Notes: generated by a model not told the origin, from the sequence alone. 64,000 nucleotides of DNA from Bdellovibrionota bacterium (GCA_964202055.1 CAXNGS010000004.1:67071-131070); one strand, 5' to 3'; numbered from the stretch's first letter, positions 45,610 to 54,759 are shown. Numbers and translations: made by a program.

Positions 45610-45635
45610 TGGGTCTCCAAGACTACGATTTTTAA

Positions 45636-46367
45636 TTACCAGCTCATCGACTTTCCATCGCGGAAATATCCGCCGGTCGGCCCATCATCGGCTAGCAACG
45701 CAGCCCATAAAATGCTTTTCACACCTTCGGGAATTTCTCGCTGTGCGCCTTTGCCGCCCATGTCAGTTTTTACCCAACCCGGACAAACCGAGTTAACTAA
45801 AATGTTTGTGCCGTGGGTTTCCACTCCTAAATTTTTAGAAAGAGAGTTAACCGCAGTTTTTGAAATCCGATATGCCGGATAACCCGCACCCATTTCGCTC
45901 AATTGCCCCATGCCGCTGGAGACGTTCACAATACGCCCAAACTTTTGCGATTTCATGAGTGGCAAAACGATTTGGCTCATTCGATAGGGACCGTAAACGT
46001 TGGTCATCATGGTTTTTAAAAAATCAGCACCCGAAGTGCTGAGCGCCCCGCCTTTTGGATCGTCGACGTAAATGCCCGCGTTGTTGATTAAAACATGACA
46101 AGTTTTGATTTCACTTTTCAGAAAAACCTCAAAACTTTTTAAACTCTCCTCAGAAGCAACGTCTAATTTTTGAGTGATTAAATTTTTAGTGGAAATTTTT
46201 TGAGCCTCCAAATCCGATTTGATCGAAGTCGGGTTGCGGGCACATGCCACCACTCGAAATCCAAGATTTAAAAGTTCAGCAACGCAACCCAATCCCAGAC
46301 CTCGGTTGGCGCCGGTCACAACTACAGTTTTATCTTCATAGCTAAAAGTTTTGTTAGTATTTTTCAC
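45636..46367 (-). CDS. Short-chain dehydrogenase/reductase (carbonyl-reductase-like)
   Basis: VVVTGANRGLGLG cofactor motif, NNAG, and catalytic S...YRISK. Confidence 0.8.
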   Translation of the reverse strand: MKNTNKTFSYEDKTVVVTGANRGLGLGCVAELLNLGFRVVACARNPTSIKSDLEAQKISTKNLITQKLDVASEESLKSFEVFLKSEIKTCHVLINNAGIYVDDPKGGALSTSGADFLKTMMTNVYGPYRMSQIVLPLMKSQKFGRIVNVSSGMGQLSEMGAGYPAYRISKTAVNSLSKNLGVETHGTNILVNSVCPGWVKTDMGGKGAQREIPEGVKSILWAALLADDGPTGGYFRDGKSMSW

Positions 46368-46382
46368 AGCCCCATACTGGTC

Positions 46383-47039
46383 TCAAATTTTCAAAACTTC
46401 AAAGGCTTCTGCGAAAAGACATTGGCCCATCAGGGCACCGCGATAGCTAGCTAAACCTTGCACCGCTCGGACATAATCAACGTGTTCAATTTGCGATCGG
46501 TGTTCGCGCAGGGCTGTAATTTTTTGCTCCATAAACTTTGTAACATCGATCAGGTGCTGTGCTTGGTTGATGGGGTTCCAAACTTCAAAACCATAAATAG
46601 CACCAGGCGAGTGTGCTTTACCCGTGGCCCCGGGATACCACGGTCCGCCAGCTCCCAGGATGGCCGATCGGCTGAGCTCAAAAATGATTTTATGATCGGG
46701 AAATTGATCATGCTGGCTGTGCATAAAAATCACTTCGGGCTCTTGCTGGCGAATGATTTCGATCAATTTTATTTTGTCCGATTTCTGAAAGTGAGTCAGC
46801 CCGTCGGGTAATTCCAAAAAAAAGACTTCAGCCGCGCCTAAAATTTTAGCCGAAGCTAAAGCCTCGGCTCGGCGAATTTTTTTAGTTTCATCAAAGTGCA
46901 GATTTGAAGAACCTTCCTCTCCAAGAGTCGCCACCACGTGAACGATTTTGTAGCCGCGCTCGGCAAAGGATAACTCGGCTCCGCCACAGCCAATTTCAAT
47001 GTCGTCAGGATGAGCCCCAATGGAGAGCACCGTTTTCAT
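46383..47039 (-). CDS. PIG-L/LmbE-family N-acetylglucosaminyl deacetylase
   Basis: AHPDDIEIGCGG zinc-binding motif near the N-terminus. ATGA-type overlap with the upstream wecB. Confidence 0.75.
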   Translation of the reverse strand: MKTVLSIGAHPDDIEIGCGGAELSFAERGYKIVHVVATLGEEGSSNLHFDETKKIRRAEALASAKILGAAEVFFLELPDGLTHFQKSDKIKLIEIIRQQEPEVIFMHSQHDQFPDHKIIFELSRSAILGAGGPWYPGATGKAHSPGAIYGFEVWNPINQAQHLIDVTKFMEQKITALREHRSQIEHVDYVRAVQGLASYRGALMGQCLFAEAFEVLKI

Positions 47040-48124
47040 GAAGCCATTCTCTCTTTGATGTTTTTAGCGATCAACATCGAGGCCGACAAATATTTGGGTT
47101 CCTGGGAGCGAGCAGAATTGGACAATGGATTGCGTAATTGATCTAAAACCCTGCGCTTAATCATTTCAGGACTCGTCCCAATTAATTGGACCAAGCCATT
47201 TCTCAATCCATCGAGTCTTTCGCTTTCCGAGCGTAGCAAAAATACTGGGCGTTTTAAAAAGGAAGCCTCTTCTTGCACGCCGCCCGAATCGGTCACGACT
47301 AAACGTGCGCAAGACAAGAGCGATAAAAATTCAGGATAACGAAGCGGATCACAAATGAGAAAATTACCCGAATTCCCCAGGTATTTTTCCGCCAAGTTTC
47401 TCAGTCCGGGGCTTGGGTGGACTGGAAAAATAAAGGGCACTTGTGGATGAGACTGCGCGACTTCACTGATGGCCGAAAAAATTTTACTCAAAGTCTTCTC
47501 GCCGTTTTCTCGTCTGTGAAGAGTCATCACAACCGAATGGGGGCGAAGGCTCGGGTTTGGTTTAGCTTGAGCTCGGTCAGAAAACAGATGAATCGCGTCG
47601 TGGATCGTGTTGCCGATGATCTCAATGGATTCAGGGGCGATTCCTTCGGAAATTAAATTATCTCTTTCTTGGGTCGACGGCGCAAAATGAAACCGGGCCA
47701 TTTTAGCAATGCACTGACGGTTGAACTCTTCAGGAAAGGGCGAGTCTAATTTTTGGGTGCGCAAGCCTGCCTCCACGTGAAAAAAGGGAATCCGTTGGTA
47801 AAAACAAGATAAGGCCGCTGAAAAACAAGTGGTGGTGTCACCGTGACCCAACACTAAATCCGGTTTTAGAATTTGAAACTGAGCCGATAGTCCGCGGAGT
47901 ATTTTTTCACTTAAGGATGACAGCGTTTGCCCGGGTACCATGACCGCTAAATCAATGTCTGGTCGAATTCCAAAGGGCTCCAGGGCTTGATCTAACAGCT
48001 CACGATGTTGACCTGTTGAAATCAAGCTGACCTTGATGCTGCTAATGTTTTTAAGGGCCAAGTAAACCGGAGCCATTTTAATCGCATCTGGTCGGGTTCC
48101 AATGATCAGGCAAACTTGTTTCAT
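47036..48124 (-). CDS. wecB: UDP-N-acetylglucosamine 2-epimerase (non-hydrolysing type)
   Basis: IIGTRPDAIKMAPV, GDTTT, HVEAGLRT, and TDSGGVQEE. Confidence 0.86.
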   Translation of the reverse strand: MKQVCLIIGTRPDAIKMAPVYLALKNISSIKVSLISTGQHRELLDQALEPFGIRPDIDLAVMVPGQTLSSLSEKILRGLSAQFQILKPDLVLGHGDTTTCFSAALSCFYQRIPFFHVEAGLRTQKLDSPFPEEFNRQCIAKMARFHFAPSTQERDNLISEGIAPESIEIIGNTIHDAIHLFSDRAQAKPNPSLRPHSVVMTLHRRENGEKTLSKIFSAISEVAQSHPQVPFIFPVHPSPGLRNLAEKYLGNSGNFLICDPLRYPEFLSLLSCARLVVTDSGGVQEEASFLKRPVFLLRSESERLDGLRNGLVQLIGTSPEMIKRRVLDQLRNPLSNSARSQEPKYLSASMLIAKNIKERMAS

Positions 48125-48202
48125 GGGGTCTCTCTTTCTGAATTCAGCATACGGATTCTATTGATTGAAAAAAAGCGAATAATGGGTGATATATGTCAAC
48201 CT

Positions 48203-49096
48203 ATGGATAGCAATCGATTGCGATACTTTGCAGTGGTGGGTGAAACGGGAAGTGTTCGAAAGGCCGCCGAATTATTACGGCTTTCCCCGGCCGCACTTTC
48301 AAAATCCATCAAACTTTTGGAGTTTGAATTGGGCACTAAACTTTTAGTTCCTTCGGGTCGCGGCATCATGCTGACCGATGAAGGGCGTGAACTTTTAGCA
48401 AAGTCCCGACCGCTGCTTGATTCACTCGAACAATTGTCTTCGTCTTTTAGGCAAAAAAAGGAATTGGTGATCAATCGTCCGTTTCGTTTGGCATCGTTCG
48501 AAGTTTTCACGACCCATTTTTTGCGTAAAATTCTTGCGCTGGTGGATGACGATCGCGAAATGATTTTGCGCGAGTTAATCCCAGGTGAAATGGAGCGCGC
48601 ACTTTTGGCCAATGAAGTCGATTACGCGATCACCTACATTCCGATTCCTAGCGCAGGAATCGACCACATTCGGGTGACCGCAATTTCGATGGGAATCTTT
48701 GCTTCCAAAGAATTTGTAAAATCTCATCACAAATTGCCCTTCAATGAATGGCCCTTTGTGATTCCGATTCAACCGATTGTTGGCGCTCCCAATAAGGTTC
48801 AGGGTCTCGATGGATGGCCCGATGATCGATTGCCGCGCAAAGTCCCCTTCAAAGCCACCATGCTCGAAAGCGCTTTAGAAATTTGTCGCCAAGGCTTGGC
48901 CGCCGCTTATGTTCCATCGTTTGTGGTCAAGCTTCACAATGAAATCGTCGAGCCGCGCTTTCGATTGGAAGAGATGAATTCGCCAAGAGGCTTGGGTTCG
49001 GAAAAACAAGAAGTGTATTTAGTGAAGCGTAAATCAACCGCGGAAGATCCAACTTTCAGGAAATTGGCTCGGGCTTTGCGCGAAAATTGCTTTTAA
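48203..49096 (+). CDS. LysR-family transcriptional regulator
   Basis: Start set to ATG 48203 (MDSNRLRYFAVVGETGSVRKAAELLRLSPAALSKSIKLLE HTH). ATG 48182 is also possible. The track start 48116 would overlap the wecB start. Confidence 0.8.
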   Translation: MDSNRLRYFAVVGETGSVRKAAELLRLSPAALSKSIKLLEFELGTKLLVPSGRGIMLTDEGRELLAKSRPLLDSLEQLSSSFRQKKELVINRPFRLASFEVFTTHFLRKILALVDDDREMILRELIPGEMERALLANEVDYAITYIPIPSAGIDHIRVTAISMGIFASKEFVKSHHKLPFNEWPFVIPIQPIVGAPNKVQGLDGWPDDRLPRKVPFKATMLESALEICRQGLAAAYVPSFVVKLHNEIVEPRFRLEEMNSPRGLGSEKQEVYLVKRKSTAEDPTFRKLARALRENCF

Positions 49097-49793
49097 TTTT
49101 TGGCCACAAATTTTCCGCTGAATTTAATCCAAAAATAATCAGGTAAATCAAAGGCAACGCCATGATTCGTCCTTGGTAGCGATCAAAGGGACCAGAAAAA
49201 AAACTGCAGACCATCGCATTGCTGATCAAAAAAATAACAAAATAATTAGCCATAGGATCCCACCTTCTCATCATGAGTAGCCAAGCCCACCTAAGGAGTA
49301 AAATCACTAAGGAAATCCAGTTCAAAATATTGTGAGGCCTTTTAGTTTTTTTCATAATTTCGGACGAACAGTTTGCTGGTTTAAAACTTTCTATAATCGA
49401 CGAATAAATTGCAGGATTTTTCTTTTGAATTTTAGGCAGGATTTGATTGATAGCTTCCTGATAATGCTTGATGTTTCGTGGACTAAGCACGGCGTCGAGA
49501 CTCTTGAATTTAAAAATTTGAACAACACTCAGCGAGGCTAAGTCGGCTAAATTGTCCAATGGGTGGTGAGTCCAAGAATGAATAATGAGCTGTTGAGCTT
49601 CATTTTGGGCTAAACTTTCGTCTCCGATGATTCTCAAGGGGCTATCCTTTCCCCAGAGATAATTATCAGGGTTTTGTCTTTGTAAGAGAAGATTTTCTTG
49701 AAAATCACAGAGTGGGGTTTTTTGTGTTGCGCAACGCTCGCTTAGTGTTTGTGAAATTCGTCCCGAATAAATCATGCGGCTCAGTAAATACAC
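49056..49793 (-). CDS. Hypothetical protein (soluble ~150 aa plus 3 C-terminal TM); possibly the C-terminal half of a split membrane protein
   Basis: GTG start with no Shine-Dalgarno sequence. Its frame stays open far upstream into the preceding ORF. See the finding on the T7 run at 49848..49854. Confidence 0.45.
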   Translation of the reverse strand: MYLLSRMIYSGRISQTLSERCATQKTPLCDFQENLLLQRQNPDNYLWGKDSPLRIIGDESLAQNEAQQLIIHSWTHHPLDNLADLASLSVVQIFKFKSLDAVLSPRNIKHYQEAINQILPKIQKKNPAIYSSIIESFKPANCSSEIMKKTKRPHNILNWISLVILLLRWAWLLMMRRWDPMANYFVIFLISNAMVCSFFSGPFDRYQGRIMALPLIYLIIFGLNSAENLWPKIKSNFRAKPEPIS

Positions 49794-50482
49794 GGGACCT
49801 TGTCGAATAGGACGGGTTTCCCAAGCAAACTCTGAGCCGCGCTTGTTAAAAAAATAACGGCTAAAAATACAAAAGTGGGCTTGATCAAGGCTTTTCCATT
49901 TTTTTTGAATAAAATAATGCTGAAAAGCAGCTGAAAAATTAATGCCAGCGCAAGAATCGGTGGATTTGATGGGTGAGCCAAGGCTGAGTAAATTAAAGAA
50001 ATGGAGATCACGATTTTTTCGAAGATCCTTAATCTTGACCAGTGCATGAGAACAAGGAATCCACCCAATCCACTGACCAGTGATAAAAAATCGGGACTGA
50101 TTTGAGAAAGATACCAGGGCAAAGTACTGAGAATGCTAAGACTGAGACTAAGAATTAAATAATCACGGGGTAGATTTTTGTGGGGACGAGTCTGCTTTAA
50201 TAAAATATAGAGCGGCGCCATCACTAATATTGCTTGGGCCGTTAAGGCCCAAAAAATACTGAAACTTCCGCAGAAAGTGCTTAACCACAAAAAGCGCGGA
50301 TACATCATGCGCGAATATTCCGAAAATCCGCGAGCAAACGGAATTGCCAAGATATCAATGGAATCAACGATGAGAATAGGAGCTTTTTGCACCAGCGCGG
50401 GCCAAAGTAGGCCAGCTACAGACAATAAAAAAACTAAGATTTTGATTCCGGTGCTGGAAAATAAAGAACCAAATTTTTTCAT
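49781..50482 (-). CDS. Hypothetical polytopic membrane protein (about 7 TM); possibly the N-terminal half of a split GT-C/ligase-like protein
   Basis: Strongly hydrophobic 233-aa ORF. A 13-bp out-of-frame overlap with the next ORF. No family recognised. Confidence 0.5.
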   Translation of the reverse strand: MKKFGSLFSSTGIKILVFLLSVAGLLWPALVQKAPILIVDSIDILAIPFARGFSEYSRMMYPRFLWLSTFCGSFSIFWALTAQAILVMAPLYILLKQTRPHKNLPRDYLILSLSLSILSTLPWYLSQISPDFLSLVSGLGGFLVLMHWSRLRIFEKIVISISLIYSALAHPSNPPILALALIFQLLFSIILFKKNGKALIKPTFVFLAVIFLTSAAQSLLGKPVLFDKVPCIY

Positions 50483-50490
50483 ATCAGAAT

Positions 50491-51471
50491 TCAGGCGTTA
50501 CGAATTCTTTTCACAATTTCGGCGACTGGCAAAATCTCTTCGATGTCATCGACGCTTTTCCCAGCTTGCCACAAATCTTTATACGGATTTGGTTTTTTGA
50601 TGCTTTTTTTCAAATCGCGAAAGGAGCGTAACGAGTAATAAAGCCGTGCCCAATGTTTTAATCGTGCGTTTCGAAGAAAAAATTTCATGATCGGCCCGGC
50701 TTCAAACCCAAGTTTCTCGGCCAGCGGAGTTTTGATGATCGATACCGGAACGCCGGTCAATCTCTCGGTCAACACAATGTCTTTTGAAGTTGCTTTCAAA
50801 ATCGCATTTTTATAATCAGCCGAAGCGCTGCATTCTTGAGTAGCGATAAATCGGGTTCCCATTTGGACGCCCGAATAACCAAGCTCGATCATTTTTTTAA
50901 AGCGCTCGGGCCCGCCAACGCCCCCGGCACAGACTAGAGGAACTTTAAATCCGCGAAGCTCTTCCACTAATTTTTCCGGATCTAAAGTCCCGGTGTGGCC
51001 ACCCGCGATTCGGTTGACTCCAATGAGTCCATCGACTCCGGCGTCGATCGCTTTTTGGGCCCATTTTTTTTCAGTGACGTCGTGAAAAACTAAGCCTTTT
51101 GAAGCATGAACTTTTCTCACAACCCATTGGGGGTTTCCGAGTGCAGTTATAAAAAATCGCACGTTTTCTTCAAGGGCAATTTCCATATATTGGTTCATGC
51201 GATCGAGATAAATTTTTGAAGAAGCTTCGATTAAAAGATTCAATCCAATCGGTTTTTTAGTCAGGCTTCTAATGTAACGAAGTCCCGCGCGAAAATCATA
51301 GGCGTTCACATAACTAAGTGTCAGCGGTTGAACAATCCCAATGGCCCCGGCTTCTGAAGCGGCCGCGACTAATTCAGGATTCGAACAAGGATACATGGCT
51401 CCGCAAATCAGCGGCACTTCGATGCCCAGTGATTGACAAAAGGCTGCGGTTTTTTCGTTGGCAAAACTCAT
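50491..51471 (-). CDS. Nitronate monooxygenase-family FMN oxidoreductase (NMO/FabK-like)
   Basis: LGIEVPLICGAMYPCSNPELVAAASEAGAIGIV and CAGGVGGP...GVQMGTRF, typical of this TIM-barrel family. Confidence 0.78.
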   Translation of the reverse strand: MSFANEKTAAFCQSLGIEVPLICGAMYPCSNPELVAAASEAGAIGIVQPLTLSYVNAYDFRAGLRYIRSLTKKPIGLNLLIEASSKIYLDRMNQYMEIALEENVRFFITALGNPQWVVRKVHASKGLVFHDVTEKKWAQKAIDAGVDGLIGVNRIAGGHTGTLDPEKLVEELRGFKVPLVCAGGVGGPERFKKMIELGYSGVQMGTRFIATQECSASADYKNAILKATSKDIVLTERLTGVPVSIIKTPLAEKLGFEAGPIMKFFLRNARLKHWARLYYSLRSFRDLKKSIKKPNPYKDLWQAGKSVDDIEEILPVAEIVKRIRNA

Positions 51472-51965
51472 GACTCGCGTCTGAGCACCCAGTCGGCCGT
51501 CGCGCGCGCAACAACTTCATTCGTCGAATTAAAAATCTCTGTGACCACGTTTAATTTTTTCTCGCCGCGAAAATCTTCAATAGCCGGAATTTTGCATTTT
51601 CCGATCAAATCACCGCGGGCTTTTTTTAAATAATCAATGCGCAGGCTGGTGATGATGAATTTTGTTTTGGGAGGCATGACTCCTAAAACCGTAAGTCCCC
51701 CGGTGAATTCACCCAAATTTGCCAGCGCTATCGCGTGAATCGAGTTCAGGTGATTGCGGATCAATCGGCGGTCGGGAAGCAGGACTTCAGTGTCGCCCGG
51801 CTCCAATTTTAGGACCGTTGATCGCATGGTCCCGGTATAGGGGATTTTAAAACCCAAAATTCGGGTAAATAGCCATTTTCCGAAGGGAAGTTTCGAGAGT
51901 CGCCGCCACATTGCGTCCATGGCTTGATCATAGCCTGCGAAATAAAAAGGTAAAGACCGACTCAA
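51468..51965 (-). CDS. Hotdog-fold (DUF4442/PaaI-like thioesterase) protein
   Basis: NHLNSIHAIALANLGEFTGG...DYLKKARG pattern. ATGA-type overlap with the downstream NMO gene. Confidence 0.55.
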   Translation of the reverse strand: MSRSLPFYFAGYDQAMDAMWRRLSKLPFGKWLFTRILGFKIPYTGTMRSTVLKLEPGDTEVLLPDRRLIRNHLNSIHAIALANLGEFTGGLTVLGVMPPKTKFIITSLRIDYLKKARGDLIGKCKIPAIEDFRGEKKLNVVTEIFNSTNEVVARATADWVLRRES

Positions 51966-52018
51966 TTTTCGAAACTCCTTGCGCCAGATGAATCCCGGTC
52001 CTAGGATGAAATTTCAAG

Positions 52019-52942
52019 ATGCAGCTTCGGCACCTCTTGAGTATTAAAGACCTCGAAGCCAATCAAATCCAATCCGTTTTTCAAAGAGCTGCGCTACTCA
52101 AAGATCGTGGTTTTGCCCCAATTCGATATCACCAAGCGACTGCCCTAGTTTTTGCTGAAAATTCGACGCGTACCCGAGTTTCCTTTGAACGCGCCAGCCA
52201 AGAACTAGGAAAACCCGTAGTCAATTTACAGCCAGAGCAAAGCTCGCTCGAAAAGGGTGAAAGCTTGCTAGACACTTTGGAAAACATTGGCGCGCTTCAA
52301 TGCGATTTGGCGATCATCCGTTGCACCGACGAAAAATTATTGCGCGACACTGCAGCCGAATCTCCGATGGCCATAATTAACGCTGGTGACGGAGCCCGCG
52401 AACATCCGACTCAAGCACTGCTAGATCTCTTCACGCTCTGGGATGGAATGGCCAAGCGCGATTGGGATCGGCTGCGCAAACTTAAAGTAGCGATCGTGGG
52501 CGATTTGATACGCTCGCGAGTCGCTCGAAGTTGGGCCGAGCTTGCGGTGCGAATGGACCTTGCGGTTGATTTCGTGTCGCCCGCCTCTTGGAAGCCCCAA
52601 AGCTGGGACTGCAAATTCAGTTGGAGCGATGAGTTTAAGCCACGGCTAGCTGAGTGGGACGCTGTCATGGCCCTTCGAGTCCAAAAAGAGCGCTTTCGTG
52701 AAACCGCGGGCGCGGCCGAAAGCGAAATTCAAAAATACATCGCGACTTATCAGATGGGTCCGGCTGATTTTATTTCCCCACAGCAAAAGTTGCTGCATCC
52801 AGGCCCCGTAAACTGGGGTATTGAACTCCATCAGGGTCTCAAGAGCGATTCGCGATCCTTGATTTTGGATCAAGTTAATTGCGGGCTATATGTTCGTGCC
52901 GCTTTGATTGAAATTTTTTCATCGGAAGGAAAAAAACTGTGA
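52019..52942 (+). CDS. pyrB: Aspartate carbamoyltransferase catalytic subunit
   Basis: STRTRVSFE carbamoyl-phosphate motif, HPTQALLD, and HPGP. Confidence 0.9.
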   Translation: MQLRHLLSIKDLEANQIQSVFQRAALLKDRGFAPIRYHQATALVFAENSTRTRVSFERASQELGKPVVNLQPEQSSLEKGESLLDTLENIGALQCDLAIIRCTDEKLLRDTAAESPMAIINAGDGAREHPTQALLDLFTLWDGMAKRDWDRLRKLKVAIVGDLIRSRVARSWAELAVRMDLAVDFVSPASWKPQSWDCKFSWSDEFKPRLAEWDAVMALRVQKERFRETAGAAESEIQKYIATYQMGPADFISPQQKLLHPGPVNWGIELHQGLKSDSRSLILDQVNCGLYVRAALIEIFSSEGKKL

Positions 52943-54114
52943 TCCTTAAAGAAAAAGCAACTCCAGTGACTTTGGCTTTGGAATGTGGCGCTTTTTTCGA
53001 AGGCGCGGGTTGGGGTGATTTTACTCAGCCTCGTGGCGGCGAATTCGTATTTTGTACCGCGATGAGCGGAATCGAGGAATCTCTCACTGACCCAAGTTTC
53101 TGCCGACAAATTTTAGTATCGACCGTTTCTCACGTGGGAAACACCGGATTCACTGGTGACGATTCTGAAGCCGATAAAATTTGGGCCGAAGGTTTGATTT
53201 GTCGAACCCTGGAATCCGAGCCTTCTAACTGGCGCGCTTTGAAAAGCTTAAAAGATTGGATCGTTGGTGACGGCCGTTTTGCAGTTGAAGGCATCGATAC
53301 CCGGCTGCTGACGGTTTTATTGCGCGAAGAGGGTAGCCAACGCGGCATCGTGTATGAAACCTCAAAGATGAGCCGAGTAGACGCTCAAAAATTTATTAAA
53401 GAAAAAGTTCCAGCGATGGATGGGCTTGATTTAACGACCGAAGTTTCCTGCAAAAAACCTTATCGCTTTGAATTTCCAAAAAACGAAACTTGCTGGGACA
53501 TTGTTCCCAAGGCCCGTCTCCAAGAAAAGAAAACTGGCAAAATTGCGGTGTGGGATTTTGGTGTGAAGAAAAACACGCTGCGAATCCTTTCGGCTTTGGG
53601 AATGGAAGTCGACGTTCTGCCTGCAAATTCCAAGGCGAGCGATTTCTTAGATCCAGCTAAAAATTATGATGGCGTTTTGCTTAGTAACGGCCCTGGCGAT
53701 CCGGCGGCTGCCACGGGCATCATTTCCGAGCTCAAGGGTCTTTTGGGCAAAAAGCCGGTTTTCGCGATTTGTTTGGGCCATCAGTTGGTCGCTAACGCGA
53801 TTGGCGCTCGAACTTTTAAAATGAAATTCGGTCATCGGGGCATTCATCACCCGGTTGTCGAGGTTGATGCTAGCGGCAAACAGGTCCGAACCTGGATCAG
53901 CAGTCAAAATCATGGCTTCGCAGTGGACGCACAGAGTCTTCCAAAGGGTTCTCGAGTATCTTTTTTTCACGGAGACGATCAAAGCGTTGAGGGTCTGAGC
54001 CTTCCCGAGTTAAATTGTGAGACGGTTCAATTTCATCCCGAAGCGGGCCCAGGCCCGTATGACTCGTGGGTGTTGTTGGATCGTTTTATAGATCGGGTGA
54101 GGGGTAGAAGTTAA
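52939..54114 (+). CDS. carA: Carbamoyl-phosphate synthase small (glutaminase) subunit
   Basis: GTG start overlapping the pyrB stop. N-terminal CPSase small-chain domain. GATase triad region PVFAICLGHQL ... HGF ... FHPE. Confidence 0.9.
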   Translation: MILKEKATPVTLALECGAFFEGAGWGDFTQPRGGEFVFCTAMSGIEESLTDPSFCRQILVSTVSHVGNTGFTGDDSEADKIWAEGLICRTLESEPSNWRALKSLKDWIVGDGRFAVEGIDTRLLTVLLREEGSQRGIVYETSKMSRVDAQKFIKEKVPAMDGLDLTTEVSCKKPYRFEFPKNETCWDIVPKARLQEKKTGKIAVWDFGVKKNTLRILSALGMEVDVLPANSKASDFLDPAKNYDGVLLSNGPGDPAAATGIISELKGLLGKKPVFAICLGHQLVANAIGARTFKMKFGHRGIHHPVVEVDASGKQVRTWISSQNHGFAVDAQSLPKGSRVSFFHGDDQSVEGLSLPELNCETVQFHPEAGPGPYDSWVLLDRFIDRVRGRS

Positions 54115-54759
54115 ATGGCGCAATCATTGCAAGAGTTTCTGGATCGGATTCTTCAGGCTTATTCCACGGGGCCGCGATACGACGAAGTTCGAAAAGCCAA
54201 GGAAGAATTTTTTCATCGAGCCGGAAAAGTTGCCGAAGGTTCCGATGCTTTCGAACAGCAAATGCAATGCTTTGTGGATTGGTATTTATTTGACCGCAAT
54301 TTGGTGGGTTTGGATCTTTGCCCAGTCAAAATGTTCGTCGTCGAAAATAAAACCAAGCTTCCACCCGAAGAATTGAAAATTTTTACCGATTTAACGAAGG
54401 GCGTTCACTCCATTTTTGAATTTTTAAAAATGAAGGACAACGACGTTTATTTAAAAGATTTGTTTTCCGGTGAAAATTACGTGGTTGAAGACTCGGAAAT
54501 CAATCGTGGTTTTTCCAAGGGCGATGTTTTTGAATGTCGCTTGATTCGTTTTAATGATCGCTACGTATTCGGCGGTTCCTTTGTGTTCCACCCTGTTGAT
54601 TGCAAGTCCTACATTCGCAAGCAAATCAAAAAAATTCGCTACCAAGATTATGCTCAGCGCTTGAAGTTGATTCACCGCTTAGCCACGATGCGCCTGAAGA
54701 CCGAACAATACTCGCACATCGATGTGAAGTTCATTTACACCGACCAGCCGATGTTTTAG
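54115..54759 (+). CDS. Hypothetical protein (214 aa) inserted between carA and carB
   Basis: The ATG immediately follows the carA TAA. Soluble, with no motif recognised. Confidence 0.6.
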   Translation: MAQSLQEFLDRILQAYSTGPRYDEVRKAKEEFFHRAGKVAEGSDAFEQQMQCFVDWYLFDRNLVGLDLCPVKMFVVENKTKLPPEELKIFTDLTKGVHSIFEFLKMKDNDVYLKDLFSGENYVVEDSEINRGFSKGDVFECRLIRFNDRYVFGGSFVFHPVDCKSYIRKQIKKIRYQDYAQRLKLIHRLATMRLKTEQYSHIDVKFIYTDQPMF

